Of a stretch of 64,000 bases of DNA, positions 1-12,731 are shown piece by piece. Each line of letters opens with the position of its first letter. The stretch's first letter is position 1. Below the pieces are notes generated by a model. That model did not search any database. It saw nothing but the letters and a program-made list of their open reading frames with translations, and was not told where the DNA came from. Made by a program: the position numbers and the translations under genes. Source of the stretch: Botryllus schlosseri (Eukaryota); assembly GCA_051294905.1 (NCBI GenBank), contig CM119372.1:25608001-25672000 (forward strand), in the 5' to 3' direction.

Positions 1-1168
1 ATTACATCACACTGTGATTGTGAGAAATATGCTATTGTTGAATATTATTCAAGTATTCATGAGGAGTTCACATCTTAGTGCAAAAATTATTTCTTAATTT
101 TGTCTGATACGGAGAAAATAAATTGCATTGAGCTGGTCTCAGTATCATTCAGATTTGGGTTACTTGTCACATATATCTTTATATTTCGCGTCGTATTCGA
201 ATGTCAGAGGCCTGATATTTCCAATGTAGGTATGGTTTGAAAGTTCCACTTCCATAAAATTATAATCTACTTCAAATCCTACAAATGAACGGTTTTACTT
301 GATGACTCACTGGCTGGTTTCGCGGAAATGTAATGAGATGGTTTGTTACGCGCTGGTCGTAATTGCTACAAGAATCCAAACGCTGTGGGAGCTCTACGGA
401 CAGTTTGCATCGCACAATACAGGTGTAGCGTCGATAGCATCTGGCAATGATAAATGCATAATCTTTCATGACACTACTAAGTCTCAAATCAAAACTTTGA
501 TGTGAGAAGATCATGGAAATAATGGCAGCTCTTTTAAGGACGCCGGCCGTAAAATACCGCGTGAATTGAAAGATATAAGAATCATTACGCATGACCGATT
601 TATACCCAGCTGTGCTGGGGTTAATATGTTACATAATATATGTCAAAACAGTAACTTTCCCGCTATATCGCCTTCGCAGATGGTAATTTTCATACGAATA
701 TATCTGATATTCCTGTTTTGTTATCGTCATCAAAAGCGGGTATCGTTGCTCCGATCAAGCGCGGACATATCCTATTTGCATTTGCAAATTTCATGAGTTT
801 ATGATTTTTTCTTTCTCGCACTGATAAGCTTGTCATGTTTGTCGCGCTATTCATCCTCCTGAACCGCACTAGATCGTGACTAGAATTAGTTGTTGTTAGG
901 CATTCTTCGCTGTTAGTGACGCATATTTCACAGGTGCATTGCACAATGAAACGTCGTCGAGGTGGGCCTATAGTGCTGACAGACGCAACCCGATGTCCTT
1001 ATTATCCAACAAAACCGCAATAAGCAAAGAGATAACTGATGTTTCTGCAACACAACAAATACGAAGGCGACGTGAGTAAATGCAGGACATAATTGATAAA
1101 CGTATATTCAGTGCATCCGCGAACTAAGGCCCCCTATTGCCGCACTTTATTTTATGACCTCATTTATT

Positions 1169-1204
1169 GCTGCTGCTGCTGCTGCTGCTGTTGTTGTTGT
1201 TGTT
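1169..1204. repeat. Compound trinucleotide microsatellite (GCT)n(GTT)n
   Basis: gctgctgct...gttgttgtt run read directly. Confidence 0.9.
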
Positions 1205-2723
1205 AGCATGTAATTGGACTTTTCCAATGTCCACACATCAACTCACAATTTTTGAACATAAGCAACCCTAGACGGGTTGGCTGAATATGAAAAGTTGCAA
1301 AACTGTACTAACGAACGGATTGGAGTTGATTTCCGTAGAAATTACTTGGACGAGAGAGAACTGCTCCGACAATCCTTTGGTATGGCATCGGCATTAGATC
1401 ATTTATTGATTAGTCTTGTCAACGTTCCGTGAGTGGGATATAGTGCGAACTGGAAAACGGTGACGACCTCACAACCTCATATAACTTACAACTAAAAAGT
1501 CAGCACACATAACGTTCGCAGATTATAAAGGCTATATAAATTACCACAATCTTGTTTGCTATTTATTGAGTGTTGCGGATATTCCTATTGTCTTTTTCGC
1601 AAACTACCGGAATAGCGAATAAACTTTCAAGATTTACTGCAAATTTATGCGGATTTTGACAATATTACTCCACGCCATGAATGTAGAAGAGTGACCACAA
1701 TCACCTGATGAACTTCACAGTGCAATGTGAATTGGATAATGCTGATAGTTTAAAGAGAGAACTTCCCGTGTTTTGGCGTTGGAAACCACAAAAATCAATA
1801 CCAATCAACGAACTTTCAGAAAAAGTAAGTGATATGTGCCGTGTTGTCACAATGTGTGAGACATTGATGTGTTGATTAAGTTTGAAAATATTGATAGATT
1901 ATTGCGGCAGACATTGTTTATGAGTTATAATGTACCATAATCCTCATCATCTTAATCGCATCGTCATGGGAAACGAATCTGCATATTTAATGGTCATGTA
2001 ATGGACATGTATGGACAATATGGACATGTAATAGATATGTAGCCTAAATATCCATTAGCGCAATGTACAGGATGTCGTAAAACTCAAGTGATTGTACGTC
2101 CCGGCCAAGTGTGGTCAAATAGTATGTTCATTTCATGCACCTACGGAGATGCTTTTTTACTATCTGGAGCTAGAAGCACCCTAACAGAATGTGTCTCAGA
2201 CGTAGGTACTGTTGGGGTATGAGCCCACTTATACTATGCCATACTATGTAGTATCGTAAATGTAGTAGAGTAGGTTCGAAGCCATGAAAGGTTCTGGTTC
2301 CTGTGAACACAAATCTATGACGCGACAATCCTAATTCCTCATTAATGTACGTATAGAATCTATACCTACATTCTACCTACATGTAACCTGCATGTAATTG
2401 TATTGCGAAATTGAGGCCCCACTTGTCGGAATTAGCAAATTCTGGATTTAATTCTTCGGTATTTTGATTTGCTGCATTGGAAAGCGCCTTTGCCTTTCTC
2501 TCCACGCCCGCACATGTATAAGATAATGCTGAAGAAGCAGACATCGATCACCGATCACACTTGATGCAATTCGTAAGATGTCCCCCGTAACGATGTGACC
2601 TTAACGAAATGCCTCGTTACAGACTGTTCGAACAATTCTTTGGTAAAAATCGAATAGATCCAAGGCCGCTTGTACCCGTCAGCGTTAGTCATTCGCATAC
2701 AGTATTGTAGAGATGCTCTAAAA

Positions 2724-3269
2724 CAGTGGTTCTCAGACTTGTGCAGACTTTCGAGGGGCGTGAAATCATCTGAGGGGAGGCGCAAAGCCGCCTGAGATAG
2801 ATGATGTTTCTTGGACTCGGAATGAGTATAATTTGTGCTGAAACTGGTGTGTAACTGGTGAATGCGTGTAGATGTGCCATTTGTTTTTGATTTAGCTTAT
2901 GGTCAGTTACGTTTGAGCCAAGCTCAAGTGGGGTAATAAACGGATTAGGTACCAAAATCGATGATATATCCATGTGCTACTTGCTATCATTGCACATGAT
3001 TATGCTTAAAAAAATATTAAATTGGAAATTTTTTGCGCTCTGCGCGATATACCTCCAGCTCATAATAATTATTGCTTTGTATATAGTCCTATAATTCCAT
3101 ATTTGAGAAGGTTCTCAACAGACATAACACTTTCCTTGTCACCAAATAATGCGTTGGGATTGCAAACATTCTGGTTGCTCTATTAAATATTTTTGGATAT
3201 GACGATAAAAGGGCGCGAAAATTTTCACTATCATCAAGGGGCGTTTTGAAAAAAGTTTGAGAAACATTG
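2724..3269. mobile_element. Non-autonomous hAT (Buster/Charlie-type) MITE, CAGTGGTTCTCA family, degraded
   Basis: Termini CAGTGGTTCTCA / TGAGAAACATTG. Sub-terminal sequence is shared with copies at 7971-8265 and 57399-57706. TSD decayed. Confidence 0.65.
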
Positions 3270-4781
3270 CTCCCAGAATTTTTGGAACGCAGGAGCACTG
3301 ACACATTTCCGTCTCGTAAGATATATATATTACCCCAATCCAAGAAATATATAGATAGATGCTAAGATAACTGACAGATACTGGCATTTCACAATATTGT
3401 TCCACGGCCAGAACCTGCTATGGTTAGTTTGCGACCCTCGGAATTATCAAGGTTCGCATACCGAACAGGAACGTGATCTGGACTTTCGCATCATGCCTAA
3501 AGTGTATGCTATCTTTAGTTTCACTAACGTGTCGGCTAAAACTTTATTAGAAGCTCTTGAACTTTATGAATCGCTTCATTCAACTGATGATTACGGAGCA
3601 GGTCGTAATTTAAGGCAGACGCATGTCATACATAGCTGTCACGCGATCATTTTGTAAGCGACACGATACGTTGCTAAAAACGGCACGATACCTCTGTGCA
3701 ATATCTTTGTTCGCGATTTAGTGAATGCTGTTAGATGTTAGATGGACATCAGAACATTTTCGATGGCTTGATCTCGAGATCTAATTGAATGTGTAAAATC
3801 GAAAATTAGGCAATTGTATTACTAGCCTGCGTCACATAATGACAATGAATCGGACGGAAGATACATCGAAAGCCGGGTACGAAGATTTTGTAAATTGCAT
3901 GTTTTACTGAATTAATCTGGGAGAATATGGTCATTGCATGACTAATGCGTCACGCGGTCTAGAAACATAACTGTGGGGGCGTAAAAGGGGCGTGGTGCGA
4001 CGGTCATTACCTTACCAAATCTTTACGGCTACAAATCTAGGCTTAAAATATTCTTGAGTTGGCCGTTGCAACCTCGCAATTCATCATACACCGTCGGTTC
4101 GCGAAGTCGATAGCGGATTGTTTCACTGCGCTGCGATTTGTCGAATTGTTAGGCCAACACTCGGCGAGATAGAATAATTTGTGTCTCACCTTGTATTGTT
4201 TGACTGCGTTGTAATATTACGTAACAGAGCCAATAATTCTCACATTCCGTGGCGATTTTGAGAGGCTCAGATGCCCTTACTTTGGTGATATTTGGATTCT
4301 CGGAATCAGTGCGATAATAGCGTTCGATTGATACCAGTCATTAACAGTTCTGAGCTCGGGTCGCTATCAAAGGTGAGGCTGTCTCATCTCTCCTTTCCCT
4401 CTATTTGTGACAGGGTTGGGATTACTCGAGTCAACTATTTCGTAAGATTTGACTCGAGTCATCTTGCGAAATGACTTGAATATATTTAACTTGGCGTTAT
4501 AAAAATGTGGATTGACTCGTGACTCGGTGCAAAACTTATGAATTGGTTTCAAGTCATCTAATAACACAAGTGACGTGCGGTGAGGTTCGAGGTTGATGAA
4601 TGGTGATGCACTGACCCCCGACCCCCCCCCCCCTTTACCACACACACGCGTTAGGTCGGCTACCTGATATAGATACACAAATATGTTAATAATTACAACA
4701 GCAGGTAGAGGGTAGGTGAGAACATTTCCTCTGCACCCTCTATCAGCAAAACTTGATATATCAAATTTAAATGGTCAGACA

Positions 4782-6722
4782 TAGGCAGGCCGTGTTATTT
4801 TTGGCATATGCCAAAACTGCCAAAAATAGCTTATTTTTGGCATTTTTCAATTTTTATTTTTGGCAGTTTTGGCATCGACCTCAAAATAGATAGTTTCAGA
4901 CTCGAATTAGTCATAAAAACGCTTCATTTGGGCCAGTTTATCAAAAAAGACCAAAAAATGTGCAACATCCACTTATAATCAGTACCAACAAACAATAACA
5001 AGAAGAAAAAACCTAGCGATTACATAGGTTAATAATATCAAACGAAACCACAAAATGTGCAGTATCCACTCGGAATCGGTGCCAATAAGAAAAAGAATGA
5101 GAAGCCTAACAAACACGCTCAACACCTGATTGTTACAGCTTTTGAATAGACTTAAATTGTTTGCACTGTAACAGTGCTTCCAAACTCGGGTCTGAATTCA
5201 TTTTTCACCCAACGAATCTGGGAAATATGGCTTCAAAAGTAACCGTTGAGGGAAAGAATGTTGCCAGTCCTCCACAAAAGGTTTTCAGAGCTTCAAAATT
5301 TTCGGAGGGCCAAACCGGCTTCCAAGCATCATAAAAAGAGATCGCTGCGCTAGTGCCATCGATCTCATCGCGGAAAAAATTTTCTTCCCGATACTTTTCC
5401 AGGAGTTCCCTGTGTTGTCTCTCAACACATTCTATTTTGTAGCCCGACAAATCTCCATCAGTCTACCGATATATTTTAGGAGGAATTTTGTCACGTCAGA
5501 TGGCTTTGATATTACCAACTCACATAGAAGAGTCCTGGGAAGGCTAGCTTGTTTAAGAACATTAACGCAACAAGACTGTCTGGCAAAATGAGACTGCAGC
5601 TCAGAAATAGCCAGACTGTTTGTTGCGTCACAATGTTCAACTCGATCACAATGCAAAAATCGTGGTTGAATTTGGGGTATCCAGATCCATGAGCAGAATA
5701 CAACTTATATACCGTATTAGTAATCAGTACAGCGGCAGCTTTCCATTGATACCCGTTTTATCAAATTTAGCGCTCGGCAAGCCGGTCAAAAATGGCCGTT
5801 AAATTGCCTTTGGACAAATGGAAAGTATGACGTAAACCAAATGCAGTCTGCCGTTCAATCTCGCTGTGCCCACACCATTTAGGACACCATGCTTTCACCC
5901 CTAATGGGTGGGCTGGACCCATAGAGTAAGAAACCTGCCCTTCACACACGCTCTTCTCGCTTGTAATGCGGTCATGTTAACACAACACCATGAACGAAAT
6001 ACCCTATTGGCAGGCCGTGTTATTTTTGGCATATGCCAAAAATTGGTTATTTTTGGCATTTTCAAATTTTTATTTTTGGCAGTTTTGGCATTTGGCTCCT
6101 GAAATGCCAAAAATAACACGGCCTGGACATAGGGCTGGGCAAAATCGAGTACCTGAGTGATTCGATTATGAATCACGTAACATGCTTCGAGTCTAGTCGA
6201 GTAATCGAGTAATCGAGTATCACCCAGTATGACGCCATAACAGAATGTAAAATGGTAAAGTTGAAATATGTAAACTTTACGCGACCACAAAGAATATAAT
6301 AATGCCTGTTATCCGTCACATTAAAAATACTTTTGATATGTTTTCGACCTTGCTTTTAGGAATGTAATGCCTGTTTTCCATCAAACTAATGATCATTTGA
6401 TATTTTTTCGACCATACCGATTTCATTGTACTTGGTGACAATGTTGTGGGATGATCATGACTTCGGAAATATGCTATTTCCAGTAACGTTCGTAACTTTG
6501 TACTGTATGTTTCGTATGCTCCGATACGGCCAATCCAGGTTTCAAGGCTTCAACAGTGAAAATTAGTATCGAAACTACAATTCTCTTTGATAAATTAACT
6601 TTCAGTGGCGGGGAGTGTATAATTTCAGTACTCGAAAAAATCGTCTTTTACTACCCGATTTGAATCATTAAAATTAATACTCGATTCAGATTCGAGTACT
6701 CGAATCATTGTGCCTAGCCCTA
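4782..6722. mobile_element. TAGGGCTGGGCA-family MITE (TCGAGTA sub-terminal repeats), left terminus interrupted by 4786-6125
   Basis: TSD GTCAGACA (4774-4781) / GTTAGACA (6723-6730). Right TIR TGCCTAGCCCTA. Body 6130-6722 matches copies at 38860-39320 and 54734-55218. Confidence 0.8.
4786..6125 (-). mobile_element. Defective hAT-like DNA transposon with transposase remnant
   Basis: 22-bp TIR CAGGCCGTGTTATTTTTGGCAT, perfect TSD GACATAGG (4778-4785 / 6126-6133). - strand remnant ...FEALKTFCGGLATFFPSTVTFEAIF...SLEALLQCKQF resembles a hAT C-terminal dimerisation region, with stops and frameshifts. Confidence 0.85.
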
Positions 6723-7970
6723 GTTAGACATCGGCAGCCAGATTATGAAAAATCAGGATGAGATTCATGGCTGGGGATGCAGATTCCAATAACATAAGAT
6801 TTGCAACTACCTAAACCTAAAAGGTTAACTGATTGAGTTGAGTTGACGACCTGTTTCTAATCCCGTTAGCAATCTACACACGCAGGATATTTAAACTACT
6901 CCTCGTCATCTGTTCCATGTAAGCGGTGTCTTATAAAAGCCCGGAAGTGGGCCGTCTAACAAGACCTGGTGTAAGTGACTATTGCAGCCGGAAACACCAT
7001 AAAGGCCAGAAACAACGACAACACAGTCTTTGTAAGTATCTATCACATACGACAATATGGATAGAAAATAAATAACAGCGACATCAGTAACGGAATGTAT
7101 TTGCTCCGCATTACGCATTGGTCGTCGCTACTATACACATTACACAATTCATACAACACTGTCGGTTTCCGAAATCGATAGCGCGTATCACAATGCTGCG
7201 ATTGTCCGGTCGTTAACGAATAGTGGATGAGGCAGATTCGTTTGTGCCCCACCTGGCCATTGTTTCTCTTTGATTCCATTGTGCCTAATAAAGATGAATT
7301 TTACATTCCCTGGCAATTTTGAAGGGGTTATGGTGCTCTGACATTAATAATATTCAGATTTTCAGAATCAGTGCGACAATAGCATTTGATTGATACAAGT
7401 TATTTTGAATTCTGAGGTGTATGTCATGAATTGCATTGTCGCAGGTGAGGCACGACCCGCCCGTGCCTCACTTCTACTTACGCACCGTATTTTTGAAAAA
7501 TAAATTTGCAAATTGGTGATGTTGGGTGAAAAATGTTCAAATTTAGTTATTCATGAGCATCGATGAAATATATCGAATCATTGAGGATTTTCACAATTTT
7601 CTCTTACTCACCCTGGCGACAGGTGAGGCACTGCCGCACGTCACTGAATATTAAAATCGATGCCAACTAAATCGCTGTACCTTGCTGATGTTCGGATTGT
7701 TCGATGTACGCTGGCGAGACGTTTGAGAGCAACTAGTCATTCGATGATTGTGCGTTGTACTGAGCCTCCTCCATTGGTATATCACAAATACTTGACCACA
7801 AACGAATTGATCAGAGCTTGCAGCTTACGTACGTTCTCGTGAACTGGTAATATTATAATAGCAATGTGTTTCTGTTCTATAAACTGCTCACAGTGCTCAC
7901 TGCTAACTCTTACCAACCCTCTTAAATGATTTGTAGCAAGCCTAAATTGTATCTTATGGGGGCAGTAGAA

Positions 7971-8265
7971 CAGTGGTTCTCAGACTTTTTTAGACACGCC
8001 TCCTTTATGATAGTGAAAAATTTCGCGTCTCCCTAATCGTCATATCACAGAATGCAACCAGGATGCTAGCAATCCCAACGGATAGTTTGATGGCATGGAG
8101 GCTATGACTGTTGATGAGAGAATTCTCAAATATGAAATTCGGACTATACATAGTGCAACAACCATGAATTGAATGTAAATCACGCAGAGCGCGAAAAAAT
8201 GTCAGTTGACCGCAGCTTCGCGCCCCCTTCAGATGCTTTCACGCCCCCTAGTTTGAGAACCACGG
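7971..8265. mobile_element. hAT MITE, CAGTGGTTCTCA family
   Basis: TIR CAGTGGTTCTCA / TGAGAACCACGG. TSD CAGTAGAA / AAGTAGAG (6/8). Confidence 0.8.
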
Positions 8266-11200
8266 AAGTAGAGGATAGTGAATTGCATTACATCAATTTG
8301 TTTCAACTTTTTGAGATTTCTTATTGAATCCTATATTTTGGATGATAAAATTACAGACTGAGGCTATAACAGATAGGCCTACTTATTTAATTTTGTAGCT
8401 CTACGTATGCGTTTCACTATATTTTATTTCTTATCCTCACGAGACATGCACAGTGCACACTGCACAGCGATGCTAATAATTGTAATTCGACCAGATAGAA
8501 AAATTGCGCGGGAATCTATTTGTGGTGGCGGGTAATATCCTTTGCGCCGATCGACGCCTCTATGCGATGCTTCGATTTGTTTCAACGGCTCATGAATTTT
8601 TACAAACCCAAGTTCCATTTCATAGTTTCTTGCCGTAATTGTCGCATCATAACAAGATGTCCTGCTCTCAATATATGGACAATGTCTCAGTTAACCGTTG
8701 CTTTGGAAGAGCACTAGATGTTATGTAATACGAGCAAGGCCCTTGATTTCTGACCGTATACGACCCCACTAATGTCCAACATACAAGGTCAAATGACGCA
8801 ACAGCACAATTTGTGAGGCAATGTAACAAAACTATTTACAGATATTGATGTAAAAGGAAAGTCGTGAATAAGACAAAAATAGCTGAGTAGGCTAGGAAAT
8901 GCACTATTGGCGATGACTGTCTGGTGAATTTCTGACATGGAATGGGTGCAACTGTAATTATATGTGGAACTCCTGTCTGCAGCTCCTGGATTTGGAGATG
9001 TTGATTCTAAATTACACGAAAAGGAATAAAATTAGTATATGATGACGTTAAATATAGACCATCCTTAATACTATCTCGAATTCTTCATGTCATGAGCATG
9101 GATTTAAACCGCAGGAGATTTCATGCCACTGAATAATTTCAACAACTCTATATTTGTCGTTTGCTTGCGTTTTCGTCGACCTTATTTGGTAATGACGTAT
9201 TATAACTTTCAAAGATCACGCTGCACGGCAAACCTACCGCGACGTCTACAACGTGAACTATTTTCAGATATTATGTCAGCTGGATGACGTCGGTCTGCAG
9301 ATCAGAGAGAGTATTCGATCGGGATGTAGTGTAAACACGAAGTTGCACCGGTACGGAAATACAATGTTGCAATTGAAAGTAAGGCAATGGCGTCATCATT
9401 GAAATATACCAGTCATACATTGTAACCAATCGCACGGAATAATGCAAATATTCACTCCTTGTCCTGCAGCATATGCACACCTGATATCACCTATAGTCAT
9501 TCAGAACATTGCTATGATACATTTAAAATGAGATGCAATAGACAATTACAATAGGGATGGCGAATGATTCATATTTCACAGGCTTACACAAAATTACAAT
9601 GTAATACGGCTGTAATTTCCGTTTTCAAAGGAACCGAGTTCATAGACACGGGCTTACTACTTACCGATTCGTGAGTAGAGCAAAGTAAGTAAAATATGTA
9701 GGCCTATCTATATTTTAAGCTTTTCGTTATGGAAACGAGTATGATCCTAATGTCCTTCGGCTTGCCCTATCTGCTATAAGCAGTTATGAATATCGGTAAC
9801 TATCTAATATGGAATATATTGCGAATTTGAGAACTTGGAAACATTGATAGTAATTGTATGTTTCTCGCATGCTGGTTAAGCGGCAATCTGGTTGCAGCCA
9901 CGGTGGGTGTTTCGATGTTCATAATATATTGGTGTGGCGTGGCGACTGGCGAGTAATTTCTACAAGGTAGGCCTACACTACTTGCATACAGTCTTCACAA
10001 GTAGCGTATCCCAAAGGCTAAGCAAATACATGAATGCCATAGCTTCAGTCAATAATAAGGTACGGACCTGGTGTAACTGATTCCGTCAGCAAAAACGCGA
10101 CGAAAATTTGAAAATAATAAGTAATATTTTACGAATGAGAATATATATAGCGTTTGCCGTCACGCCATCTCTTAAAAATACTGCGACCAACAGAAACATG
10201 CAGTATTTTAAGTGACTAAAGAGGTCAATTCAAAGCAAAACCGTCATTTAACAGGAACTGTATAAGGAGCCAAAGCAAATTTGCTATAAAAATAAACGCC
10301 AAAATTGGTTCTACCTGATCCGTAAAATCACTCATTCAAGTCGCCGTGATCGAAGTTAACATCTAACACCACCTGTCAAAGATAATCAACATTCCGATAC
10401 AAGATAGAATTATTGCCTTTGTATTCGCTTATGTTGTTGTTTATGGCACTCAGTGATATCTGTTAGGGCAATTTCTATTGATATAATATAGTACCCGATA
10501 ACACGATTCTTATCGACGAGAGATGTTTCAAGATATCCCGGCATCAGTTCCAAGTTGACGATATTCCCGTCATTTCGTGATCATATCGTAACACGTTGGC
10601 GAGAATCGTAATTGAAGACGTCAAAACGGAGCTAAGGAGACAGGTTTCAATTATGCAAGAAAAAACAGGGTTTCTATAACCTCGATAATTTACAGAACGT
10701 CGATAGGTAACTCAGACTTTGCGGACAACGCTGTCATGAGTTGTATATTTATATGTTTACATCGTCTCTCTGTATTCGTATCTGGGCTATTGTTGTTTTA
10801 ATCCGAGTAGCATGAAACGCACAATAGATTTACTCTGGCTTGAAAGCCTATGACCTTGCGTTATGATTATCCGAAATATTGTTGAACAGATAATCCCGAA
10901 AATCATACTTTTTCTACTGATCGACAGGTTGGCTCAACCCATTTTCAAACTTACTTTGAGATTTCGAAGATGTAGCAATCACACGATACATTTTTGTCAC
11001 GGAATTAGGAGTGAAAGAAAATAAAAAGGAAATGCGAATAATATTATTATTATATTCTTTATTCAAGGTAAAACTGGTAAATACACATATAATCCGGGGA
11101 GAAACCTTCCCCTAAGAAAAATGATGAGATTGAAGTAAATTTTTGAAATTTCAGTAATAGAGTCAAATTGTTATTCCTTTATGCAATACATGAACAGGTT

Positions 11201-12731
11201 AGACTACAGAATTGCAGTGTATGAAGAATTTGCAAGGGTTATTATTAATTTAATTGTCACAACACAGTGGCGCTTATCGCCTTTCTCATGCTATTTGCGC
11301 CACGACACGAATTTTTTGTAATGTTCATATTATCTTTGACTGTCGTAATCTTTTGGCGACGACGTCAGTCTCTCTCGCTCCCATGCGTCTCTGCTGCCGA
11401 CTTGTAGCACTGCTCTCTTTCAGTCTGGGCTACTTCAATGCGCTTGGCTACCGTAGTAATGAAATCGGCGATGAGGAGCCCAGAGAAATCACCGACACGT
11501 AGAAGATGGTCGGAAACGGTATTCGAACCCACTTCCATTGGTGTCGTGACAGCAGTGCTTAACCAACTGCGCCACTCGCCTCCCCCGATTAAATGAGATA
11601 GGATGTTCGCGTTCGGTTTCATAATAGCTTTATTTTTTCCTATTAGGCTCCCCCCGAAACTTATGTGCACAGGAGGCGTAATAAAGAAGCATACATGCCG
11701 ATGCTTTTCGTGGAGTAAGTATAGGGAACATTTGACGACAATAATTGCATTTATGACAAATAATTGTCTTACTGCACGTAAATTCAAGGGTGAAATTCCT
11801 GTGTGATAGTGATACGGTTTTTGAGCTCATCATGTTCACTGGGGCGCATTAAGAAATACTCCCAGACAAAGCAAATTTGCGCAAATCGCCAGTCGGAATT
11901 CGCCGGCATCGAGGGATATTGCCACGATCCATACAAATTTGGGTGTACCTTTCATTATAGTCAGGCGGCAGAGACAAGCAATAGGATGGACGAGTGATAT
12001 CGTTGCAATGGTTTGCACTGCTGTAGCAACTGTCTTGTGTACACAGACGGACAAAGTGTTTTTCGATGAGAATCAGATTGAGGTGATTCGCTTCCGACTC
12101 TATCAAGTTTTTGTCTGGCCGTAGGTGTTTTGACATTCTGAAAATGCGGTTCGAAAATATAGATGTAAAACGTGTGGGAGCAAAAACGTAGTCTATAATT
12201 ACGGATTGGCTATGCATCTTTACTGGCTGTAAATAGCATGTTGCGGATTGAGTAGATATGTTGAATTGATTTTTACGGGTGTTATAATTATAGGATTAGA
12301 AAATATTCCCATGGAGCTGATGTCTACCAGATGACTTCTTGGTAGGAAGTTGCTTGAAATGCAATAACAAATGCGAAATTGTAAATTATGTCGAAAATTT
12401 ATTGGATGTGGTCGTTACAAACAAAATATGGAAGACGATTGCGTCACCATAAATGCGAAGACGATATTGTTTGGATTTACGAGAAAAAGGAAGGCGAAAA
12501 AATGAACGGGTATCGGCGCATAATAACCAGCGGATATTCCGATTTCTATCAGACCAATCTTCCGAGTATAGAAATCGAGTCACAGGAAATAGCGGTGTTC
12601 TTCAGTGAATGGTATCTAATATTACTTTCAATCGCAGATTATAAATAAGTTATTTACGAGACAATATTTATTTTTGATTTGTCATAAGTCTATCATTGCC
12701 ATTGTGATACTGCAAGCATCTTCGAAGAAAA

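Larger units (their letters stand above)
4568..7646. mobile_element. hAT-like non-autonomous element with CAGTGACGTGCGG termini, hosting nested insertions
   Basis: AAGTGACGTGCGG at 4568 and CCGCACGTCACTG ending 7646. The right half aligns with 41220-41745. It interrupts a GACTCGAGTC-rich element (4411-4567 plus about 7650-7950). TSD weak. Confidence 0.5.

Noticed and set aside
12388..12648. 86-aa ORF just upstream of the VWA gene
   Set aside because: No motif and no phase-compatible splice to the gene. The downstream ATG at 12732 already gives a signal peptide.
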